DNA from: an uncultured Eubacteriaceae bacterium
Lineage (GTDB): Bacteria; Bacillota; Clostridia; Lachnospirales; CAG-274
DNA: 60,741 bases
Direction: 5' to 3'
NCBI GenBank assembly: GCA_948441255.1
Contig: CAOJPS010000001.1
Span: 1 to 60,741, forward strand
Position numbers and translations under genes: made by a program
The notes under the pieces: generated by a model
What the model was told of the DNA's origin: nothing
Database searches by the model: none
Seen by the model: the letters and a program-made list of their open reading frames with translations, nothing else
Shown: positions 1-7,329 of the stretch, one piece after another
Position numbering within the stretch: the first letter of the stretch is position 1
Layout of the letters: every line of letters starts with the position of its first letter

Positions 1-27
1 TTTATAATAATAAGATTTTTAGCCGCA

Positions 28-60
28 TAATTTCGCAGAATAATAAATTCTGCGAAATTA
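28..60. repeat. Perfect palindrome TAATTTCGCAGAAT-n5-ATTCTGCGAAATTA just 3' of the integrase gene
   Basis: Read directly. A related copy (TTTCGCAGA-n9-TCTGCGAAA) lies at 1415-1441 on the other side of int. Confidence 0.8.
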
Positions 61-103
61 TACTTGTATATTGTGTATTTATAGGGAATTTGGCATTTCA
101 TAA

Positions 104-1231
104 CTATTTTTTGACGGCTAATAAATCAGAAAGCTTATTCATATTTTTTTGTTTTAACTCCATTGACGGGTGAACATATCTATCTAATGTTATATTTACG
201 CTTGCGTGACCTAAAATCTCACTTAAACTTTTTATGTCAAATCCTATCTCAACACAGCGAGTAGCGAAAGTATGACGAAGTGCGTGAAAATTGGCGTCTT
301 TAATGCCACATTTTTTTATTGCCGCTTTAAAATGGTTCTGCAATGTCCGAGGTTCTAAAAACTTATTTTTACTCCCTGTCAATAAAAAAGCGTCCCTATG
401 ACACTCAATTTCCTGTAAAACACAATATAAGTTATTAGGAATAGGTATTTTTCTTATTGACGAGCAGCTTTTAGGAACAGAAACAATAACCTTTGTTTTA
501 GGGATTTCAGAATTACTTGTCTGCAATCTCTGCATTGTTTTGTCTACAGATATAAAGCGTTCTTCAAATGATATATCTTTCCACTTTAAAGCGCATACTT
601 CGCCTATTCTTATTCCTGTATACATACAAATTAGTATTCCTATGTTACATAAAGACTTATTATCACATAAGTATTGATTTAGTTTGTGCTGTTCTGAAAC
701 ACTTAAAATTCTCATAGGCTTAAATTCATGTTTTACATAAATTCCGCTGAAATCAGGTATATTTATATCCTCATTTTTTGAGGCGTATATAAAAATACTT
801 TTCAAAATAGATAAAATTCCGGATATAGTTCTTGATGACAGACCTTTTTTATTACCGCCGCTAAAATTTAATAGTTCATTATAAAAATCCATTATATCTC
901 TGCTGGTAATAGAATTAATTAATGACTTATCGAATTTTGGATAAAGATGTACTTTAAGAATATTACTATATTTTATGATACTTGATTCTTTAAGCCGAGA
1001 TTTTAAAGATTCCAGCCACTTTTCAGCCATAACTTTAAAATATATATTATTTGAACCTTTGTATGTTTCATTAATAGCCTTGATAAGCTTTTCTTTAGTT
1101 TCTTTATATGTTTTGCCATAGATATATCCGTATTTTGCTTTATTATCAGCAAATTCCTTAATATAGCGACCTTCCCATCTTCCATCTTTTCTTTTGTAAA
1201 TATTTTCTCCTTTTTTTGACACTTGTATCAC
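104..1231 (-). CDS. Tyrosine site-specific recombinase (phage-integrase family)
   Basis: The N-terminal SAM-like core-binding region begins KRKDGRWEGRY. The C-terminal catalytic region reads GIRIGEVCAL...HALRHTFATRC...LGHASVNITLDRYVH (R..HxxR..H..Y). The true start is possibly the GTG at 1222, 9 nt after GGGAGG. Confidence 0.9.
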   Translation of the reverse strand: MIQVSKKGENIYKRKDGRWEGRYIKEFADNKAKYGYIYGKTYKETKEKLIKAINETYKGSNNIYFKVMAEKWLESLKSRLKESSIIKYSNILKVHLYPKFDKSLINSITSRDIMDFYNELLNFSGGNKKGLSSRTISGILSILKSIFIYASKNEDINIPDFSGIYVKHEFKPMRILSVSEQHKLNQYLCDNKSLCNIGILICMYTGIRIGEVCALKWKDISFEERFISVDKTMQRLQTSNSEIPKTKVIVSVPKSCSSIRKIPIPNNLYCVLQEIECHRDAFLLTGSKNKFLEPRTLQNHFKAAIKKCGIKDANFHALRHTFATRCVEIGFDIKSLSEILGHASVNITLDRYVHPSMELKQKNMNKLSDLLAVKK

Positions 1232-1414
1232 CTCCCTTCTGACGCTTATTTTGACGGCTTATAAATTAAATTCACAAAATACTTATAGAAATTTATATAA
1301 AAATAACCTGTATATCTATGCAATTTAGATAAAAAGTATTTATGTAAACATACATTATTGACAAAATATTTTTTTTATGTTATATTAAAAATGATAAAGT
1401 GGATGTTGTTTTAC

Positions 1415-1441
1415 TTTCGCAGAATTTATTAATCTGCGAAA
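1415..1441. repeat. Palindrome TTTCGCAGA-n9-TCTGCGAAA between the int start region and the amidotransferase 3' end
   Basis: Read directly. It shares the TTTCGCAGAAT / TCTGCGAAA core with the palindrome at 28-60. Confidence 0.75.
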
Positions 1442-1573
1442 ATTGGTTTATTTAAGTATTGATTTTTGTATATCTTTAGTTTCAATTATAACTTTTAATA
1501 TATATTTTCATGGATAAAAAAGAAGTATCATTAATTTTGCTTTTTAATGACACTTCTTTTCTTGTATCCAATA

Positions 1574-2563
1574 TTAATCTAAATGCCCGTCAGCATTAAC
1601 ATCACACAAATAATGTTTTAGTATTTTCGGGTCATATAACAAATCCTCAATATCCGCATAGTCATATCCTATATCAAGCAAGTAATTAACTTCTGTTTCT
1701 GAAACGCCTATACTCTTAGCAAAATCAATGATATAGTTATAATACTCTTTTTCAAAATTCGGCTCTTTTTTATCTTTTTTAAAGAGAGAATAATCATCTA
1801 TACAGCCAAATTCATAACCTCTCAAATACTGATATTCCAGTAAATCAATACTTATTGTGTCAAATGTGTCTTTTTCAATTTTTCCGATTGATTTAATTTT
1901 TATTATGTCTCCGCAATTTATTTTAAGCTCGTTGTAATGTGATTTAATTTTTAATTTATTTAAAGCTTTATTCAAAATCTCTTTTGTGGAGGCGTAAATA
2001 TAAAATTTTCCAAAATTATAAACTGCCATAGGATTGTTACCTTTAACGATAAACATCTCATTTTTGTTATTCAAAACCGTAAAACAAAAAGAACCCTCAA
2101 CTTTTTCAGCCATAAATTTAAGACTGTCAAAGTCGAGGGTATTTTTCTTGTCAATAAGCTGCACAGCGATATATGTATCCGTTTGAATTTTAGTTTTCGG
2201 CAATTTTTCTTTTTTTCTTAAATCCTTGTCATTATAGATGATACCATTATGAGCGAGAGCGAAATCCAGCTTTTCAGAGTAAAACGGATGATTATTAAAA
2301 TTAAATTTTTCATTGCCTTGTGTAGTCATTCGAGTATGCCCCATAATTACTTTAGGATTACATTTAAATTTAAATCTCATTTTATGAGCGGGGAGAGGTT
2401 TTTTATAAATTTTGATATTATTTCTATTTTCATCAATATAAGCAATACCTGTTGCGTCTATGCCTCTCTGCTCACACTCAGCGGATAATACTTTTACAAT
2501 CTTTTCTTTCTGTCTTGCGGTAAAGAAGTTTTCATAGTCAATTATTCCAAATAAGCAGCACAT
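1574..2563 (-). CDS. Class-II (Ntn-type) glutamine amidotransferase domain protein with an uncharacterised C-terminal half
   Basis: The best start gives Met-Cys (MCCLFGIID...), with HTRMTTQG and HNGIIYN motifs typical of GATase_2. That ATG lies 1 nt from the upstream gene's stop, suggesting translational coupling. Confidence 0.75.
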   Translation of the reverse strand: MCCLFGIIDYENFFTARQKEKIVKVLSAECEQRGIDATGIAYIDENRNNIKIYKKPLPAHKMRFKFKCNPKVIMGHTRMTTQGNEKFNFNNHPFYSEKLDFALAHNGIIYNDKDLRKKEKLPKTKIQTDTYIAVQLIDKKNTLDFDSLKFMAEKVEGSFCFTVLNNKNEMFIVKGNNPMAVYNFGKFYIYASTKEILNKALNKLKIKSHYNELKINCGDIIKIKSIGKIEKDTFDTISIDLLEYQYLRGYEFGCIDDYSLFKKDKKEPNFEKEYYNYIIDFAKSIGVSETEVNYLLDIGYDYADIEDLLYDPKILKHYLCDVNADGHLD

Positions 2564-2564
2564 A

Positions 2565-3818
2565 TTATTCTTCCTCGCTTTCCTCATTTATTTCTACAGT
2601 TTCGTTTACATACAATTTTCTTTCTTTCAAATATTTAATAAGCTGTGGATATTTTTGTTTATCAAGTTCTGAAACAAATGTACTCCAAGCAAGACTTTTT
2701 ATTTCTGAATCGGACATATTAACCGCCGCTTCACATATAGCGTCAACCAACTGTATTGAAGCTATAAGAGTGTTATATTTAAGGGAGCCTTTGAATATTC
2801 TGATTTCGATAGTTGAATAGTTGGTAATATTCACACAGGCATATCTTCCGGTATAATTTTTCTTTGCGTCGTCAAGAATATCCATAGGCTCCTGTTTCCA
2901 GCCATATCTCTTAGCCCAGTGATTAAGCTGACTTTCTGTTCTCCTTGAAAATTTTAAAAGCTCATTCCAGTTACTCTCAAAGAAATATAATATTCTCGCA
3001 ATATATTCTTCTTGTTCTTTCGCTGTTTCTCCGAAAGCAGTACGATTTATGTGAATATGCAATCCAGATGTTGTTGTATCGTGACTTCTATAGTCAAGAC
3101 TCAGAGCAATTTTACAAATTTCATTCCACGGCATATTTTCCATATGATATTTTAAAGTCATAGGGTGAGTAACTATTTCCAATCCATCATTAAGAGAGCT
3201 GTCTGTCTTTATATAGATATTTTCAGTGTGTTTATTTGCGCATTCACATATTTCACGGGCATTTTCCTCGTCTTTTCCGCCGCCGTCTATTTCAAGCTCA
3301 CACCCGAAATATCTGTTTCCGCTCCCTTTAAAAACAGGGTCTGGTTTATAGCCATAATCGTGAAGATATTTTGAGTTGTTTTCCCGTTCATAGCAATCAT
3401 CACAATAAGGGTCTTGACCATAACCGTCATCAAGATAATTAGCGTCATCACTATGAAGTAATCTTCCGCATTCATAACATCTTGTATAATAGGTATCATA
3501 GCATTCCTGACACAAATCAATGTTATCATCACCGTAATTACATTCGTTTTCCTCACGCTCGTGACAGCAATCACAAACAAAAGACACTTCGTCAATACAG
3601 TCTGAGCAATAAACCTCATCATTTAATACATAGATTTCTTCTTCCGAAACTCTTTGTCCGCAATATGTACAAAGCTCAGATACTTCATCAATACAATCCT
3701 GACAATAATATCCATTATTAAAAACACAAGCGTCTTCCTTATCTATTTTTTTCTGACAATATAAACAAGTGACAATATTTTTTTCAATAACTTTTTCTTT
3801 CTCAATGATTTCATACAT
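2565..3818 (-). CDS. Amidoligase_2 (glutamine-synthetase-like COOH-NH2 ligase) family protein with an N-terminal 8x CxxC zinc-ribbon array
   Basis: ATG at 3818 is preceded by GGAGG (3826-3830 region). Eight CxxC pairs fall within about aa 18-150. The core motifs are FGCELEIDGGG, DSSLNDGLEIVTHP and SGLHIHINR. The longer ORF reaching 4040 overlaps the upstream gene and lacks an RBS. Confidence 0.75.
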   Translation of the reverse strand: MYEIIEKEKVIEKNIVTCLYCQKKIDKEDACVFNNGYYCQDCIDEVSELCTYCGQRVSEEEIYVLNDEVYCSDCIDEVSFVCDCCHEREENECNYGDDNIDLCQECYDTYYTRCYECGRLLHSDDANYLDDGYGQDPYCDDCYERENNSKYLHDYGYKPDPVFKGSGNRYFGCELEIDGGGKDEENAREICECANKHTENIYIKTDSSLNDGLEIVTHPMTLKYHMENMPWNEICKIALSLDYRSHDTTTSGLHIHINRTAFGETAKEQEEYIARILYFFESNWNELLKFSRRTESQLNHWAKRYGWKQEPMDILDDAKKNYTGRYACVNITNYSTIEIRIFKGSLKYNTLIASIQLVDAICEAAVNMSDSEIKSLAWSTFVSELDKQKYPQLIKYLKERKLYVNETVEINEESEEE

Positions 3819-3831
3819 AATAAATCCTCCG

Positions 3832-4134
3832 TTAATACTCTTCAGCAAGCAGCATTGTACAATAATCAAAATCATCAATAACAAAAATCTTATTCTCAAT
3901 AGAGCCGCCCTTTTCAACCGGAATAAATATTGTATTTTTATATTTAGGTTGTTCCTGTGAATGTGTAATCTGCTGAAATTCTTTGCCGCCAACGCTGATT
4001 TTTTTAAGTTCAAATACCTGTAAATAGTCTTGTTTTTCAACTTTCATAGACTTAATCATAGACCACATCAAGCTTTGCAAATAAAGTGAGATTTCTGAAT
4101 CAATTCCTTTTGTAATGTATTTTTTATCGAACAT
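3832..4134 (-). CDS. Small protein, DUF960-like (YITKGI...DYLQVFEL...ITHSQEQP pattern)
   Basis: A 100-aa ORF with GGAGG upstream. It is the first gene of the three-gene cassette. The family assignment is from memory of the DUF960 pattern only. Confidence 0.5.
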   Translation of the reverse strand: MFDKKYITKGIDSEISLYLQSLMWSMIKSMKVEKQDYLQVFELKKISVGGKEFQQITHSQEQPKYKNTIFIPVEKGGSIENKIFVIDDFDYCTMLLAEEY

Positions 4135-4172
4135 AACTGACCTCCTATTTTACATAAAAATTGCTTCAGTCA

Positions 4173-4216
4173 AAAAATCCCCTTTTGCTTATTAATCAAA
4201 GCAAAAGGGGATTTTT
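4173..4216. terminator. Perfect 16-bp-arm hairpin AAAAATCCCCTTTTGC-n12-GCAAAAGGGGATTTTT
   Basis: Read directly. A/T runs on both sides. It separates the COG2865-like gene from the amidoligase cassette. Confidence 0.6.
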
Positions 4217-4450
4217 TATAAACGCTGTCTGTTATTTTTTAATAATGTACTTCGCTAATTTAAAAGCTTGTTTTACTGATATACAAACTACTTTTTTTGT
4301 TACTTTGAATAAAATTTCTGCCATTTTAAACACCTCCATTCTGAAATTTGGGTACAAATGTGAATTCTATAAACTCACAAAATTATAATATATAATTAAA
4401 AATCTTAATTTTACGCTCATTATATATCCTTTGATTTATAAATTAATAAA

Positions 4451-4492
4451 AAAATCCGATTACTACTGTTTGTACAATAGCAATCGGATTTT
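4451..4492. terminator. Hairpin AAAATCCGATT-n20-AATCGGATTTT downstream of the COG2865-like gene
   Basis: Read directly, with flanking A/T runs. It lies about 70 nt 3' of the stop at 4560. Confidence 0.55.
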
Positions 4493-4559
4493 TAGTTTTT
4501 ATGATTTTCTCAATAATATTTATAAATTATAAAAAACTTTAAATTAAATATAAAACATT

Positions 4560-5555
4560 TTAATCATAATTTAAAACAAATTTTTCGCCAACTTTTATTC
4601 TTTTAAATGTATACTTGGTATATCTTCCATTTTTTATTTGCTCAATTTTACCTTTATCGCATAAATCTTTTAAAATCTTATATGTACTTGTTAAACCTAT
4701 ATCAAGTATTTCTTCGGCAATTTTTCTTGTAATAAAATCATTTTCTTTAATATAATTAAGTATTTTTATTTTGTACATTTCCTTTTTATCAGACGTATTA
4801 TTCATATGAGTTTTTTCTGTGCTGAACTTAGGCAATATTACCTTGAAAACTCCTTTTGACGCATTAAATAAAGGCTTTTTTTCTTTGTCAGCATATAAAT
4901 AATTAATTATACTTATTCCTGTCCCGCAATTTTCAATATATCCCATTTTACAGAATAAATCAGCAAGCTTTATATTTCTTGACTGTGAGGCACCCATTAA
5001 TACAGAATCCAACTCAAATTCATTTATTAATCCGCCTAAAGATATAAATTCTATTTTGTTATTATAGATGTTTATATTTGTGCTTCCGCTAAAGAAATAA
5101 TCTTTATGAATAACGCAGTTTAATAAAATTTCTTTTATACACTCTTTGGGATAGTTAATTATATTTGTTTTTTTTAATTCTAAAATATAATTATTTTTAT
5201 TGTAAAAGATTACAAAATCATAGGTATCTTGAAATTGCTTTAAAACGGAACCTGTAAACTCTTTTTTATGTGTAATAACTTTATTATTTTCCTCAAATAT
5301 ATTAACTCTTATTGTATGATTGCATTGGTCAGAAAGTAAAAACGCAAGATTAGTATATAAGCCCTCAATATTTTTTATATAAAACTTATTCATCTGACTT
5401 TTCCATTCTTTAATATAACGACTGCATATTTCTTTATCGAAATATTCAAATGTCAAATCTTGGTTTAGGCTTGTTCCTGTTTCATAGGATTCAGATTGTG
5501 TTATTGTATTATTATTTTTTCTAAATTCAATTTTGTTACTTTTACTTAAATGCAC
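4560..5555 (-). CDS. COG2865/Schlafen-group ATPase-fold (HATPase_c_4-like) putative transcriptional regulator with a C-terminal wHTH
   Basis: NCVIHKDYFFSGSTNINIYNNKIEFISLGGL, SQSRNIKLADLF and CGTGIS motifs. The C-terminal ITRKIAEEILDIGLTSTYKILKDLCDKGKIE looks like a wHTH. GTG start 8 nt after GAGGT. Confidence 0.55.
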   Translation of the reverse strand: MHLSKSNKIEFRKNNNTITQSESYETGTSLNQDLTFEYFDKEICSRYIKEWKSQMNKFYIKNIEGLYTNLAFLLSDQCNHTIRVNIFEENNKVITHKKEFTGSVLKQFQDTYDFVIFYNKNNYILELKKTNIINYPKECIKEILLNCVIHKDYFFSGSTNINIYNNKIEFISLGGLINEFELDSVLMGASQSRNIKLADLFCKMGYIENCGTGISIINYLYADKEKKPLFNASKGVFKVILPKFSTEKTHMNNTSDKKEMYKIKILNYIKENDFITRKIAEEILDIGLTSTYKILKDLCDKGKIEQIKNGRYTKYTFKRIKVGEKFVLNYD

Positions 5556-5643
5556 AATTTATAACCTCAATTCTTTTTCTTTTATCTTTCTTTTATATTT
5601 CTTTTATAATATCAAAAAGAAAAAGAATAATCAAGATTATTTT

Positions 5644-5826
5644 TTATAAATTAGATTCAATAAATTTAATTAAATCTTTTTTGTATATCTTCCAAAGCCT
5701 TTTATTTCCCAGTTTGAATCCTTTTAGTTTACCGCTTTTTAAATATCTTGATAAAGTTGGTCTGCTTATATTTAAAATTTTGCATACATCCTTAAAACTT
5801 AAAATTTCTGAATATTTATCAAACAT
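5644..5826 (-). CDS. Excisionase-type / MerR-superfamily HTH DNA-binding protein
   Basis: LSFKDVCKILNISRPTLSRYLKSGKLKGFKLGNKRLWKIYKKDLIKFI. The ATG at 5826 has GAGGT 8 nt upstream and overlaps the end of the upstream gene. Confidence 0.7.
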   Translation of the reverse strand: MFDKYSEILSFKDVCKILNISRPTLSRYLKSGKLKGFKLGNKRLWKIYKKDLIKFIESNL

Positions 5827-6979
5827 ATAAATGAACCTCATTTCTTCCCTTACATTTTTTCTTTGCTGTTTTATAATATTTTATTTCAGTATCGGAAATC
5901 TCTTTAAATCCTAAAAGTGAGTCGGGCGACTGTATAAAACCAATATTTTCTATTGTAACAGGTATTGGATTTAATCCCATTTCCTCAAAACAATTTTGAA
6001 TATTATCATATACATCCATACTGTTAAACAAATTTATTCCCACTGTTTTTAAATCATATTCACAGTTTTTTTCACAGTATCTCAATAATTTTATCATTTT
6101 GTTTTTACGTTTTTTCTTTCCGTTCTGTTGTTTTTCAATTATTTTTTCAGCAAGATAACTTCCGGTATAACAACAGGCAGTTGAACATTTAATCATAGCA
6201 TTATATATACTGCGAACACTTTGTTCCATCTTATTATAAAGCATACATAATACACCATAAGTATCTTCATTATTTGTATATCTTCTGATATATTTACGCT
6301 CACATCTAAGTTCCATACGCAAGGTATTATGATAAAAATCTACAATATCTTCAGGATAGCCTCTGTCGATAGCAGCTTTATGTTTATTATATAAAACAAA
6401 CTCTACGCCTTTAGATTTACTTAAAACATTATAGGAATCCTCTCTGCTGAATTTATCGCATTTTTCCTCTAATTTGGTATTAAGTCTATAACCCTTGCAC
6501 AACGGCATTCTTCTCATAATAAGTATAAACTGCTTTATTATATTTTCGTGTATTTCTTTTATGTCTTTTGTAAAATCAATTCTGCTAAGATTAAAGTCGT
6601 TTACGTCAATAGCATTATTAATAATATTCCCCAAAATTTCCGCAATAAATTTATTTAGTCTTTTAATAGCTATTATAAACTCATATATATCATTAATACT
6701 GTTTTTATATGTACCTTCTTCTATCAGACGTGACGGATTAACCTGTATTATAAGTTTATAACACATATCATATGTATATTTAAGCTTTTCTTTATCTGTA
6801 CATTTTCTAAATGTAATAATAATCCCTTTATCAACATAAGCTGTGGACGTAAAAGGATATAATTTACTATTTCCCGCTGTTCTGTCAGGAAAACAATCAA
6901 GAGTTTCCTTTAAATTATTATATTCCTCAAATGTAATTATTTTGTTAATTTCAAATGTATGTATAAAAAATATACTCAT
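5819..6979 (-). CDS. Hypothetical protein, possibly a rolling-circle type replication initiator
   Basis: LSRIDFTKDIK and LRMELRCERKYI resemble RxD...D and RxE(L)R blocks of Rep_trans / gene II-X type initiators. It sits in the position of rep in an int-xis-rep module. This is a weak call. Confidence 0.35.
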   Translation of the reverse strand: MSIFFIHTFEINKIITFEEYNNLKETLDCFPDRTAGNSKLYPFTSTAYVDKGIIITFRKCTDKEKLKYTYDMCYKLIIQVNPSRLIEEGTYKNSINDIYEFIIAIKRLNKFIAEILGNIINNAIDVNDFNLSRIDFTKDIKEIHENIIKQFILIMRRMPLCKGYRLNTKLEEKCDKFSREDSYNVLSKSKGVEFVLYNKHKAAIDRGYPEDIVDFYHNTLRMELRCERKYIRRYTNNEDTYGVLCMLYNKMEQSVRSIYNAMIKCSTACCYTGSYLAEKIIEKQQNGKKKRKNKMIKLLRYCEKNCEYDLKTVGINLFNSMDVYDNIQNCFEEMGLNPIPVTIENIGFIQSPDSLLGFKEISDTEIKYYKTAKKKCKGRNEVHLYV

Positions 6980-7247
6980 AAAATACATTCCTTTCTTTTA
7001 TTTCTTTTTTATAATAATGTTGTAAAATAATAAAAATTAATATATCATTATTTTTCATAAACATATTTATAATAAATATTAGTTTAAATAATACCCAATA
7101 AATCATATATAGTATATAAAATACAGTACATATTATAAAGCAATAATATTTGGGGCAGAGGGGCTATCTACTGTTTAGAGGATAAATATGGCGGGAAAAA
7201 CTATATATATTTGCCTGAATTATTTTTTTTAAAAAATTATTTTAAAA

Positions 7248-7280
7248 AAAGTAGTATTTTCGTTATAAAAATACTACTTT
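7248..7280 (-). terminator. Rho-independent terminator of the 935-aa gene (AAAGTAGTATTTT-n-AAAATACTACTTT)
   Basis: A 13-bp stem, followed on the minus strand by a T-run (plus-strand A7 at 7244-7250). Confidence 0.7.
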
Positions 7281-7329
7281 TACCACATTGTGAAAAATAA
7301 TGTTTATAAAATTTTTTATATGAAGAGTT

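Noticed and set aside
2565-4040. The full 491-aa ORF was considered as the amidoligase gene.
   Set aside because: The first 74 codons overlap the upstream 100-aa gene in another frame. They encode a low-complexity hydrophobic string and lack an RBS. The ATG at 3818 has GGAGG at proper spacing.
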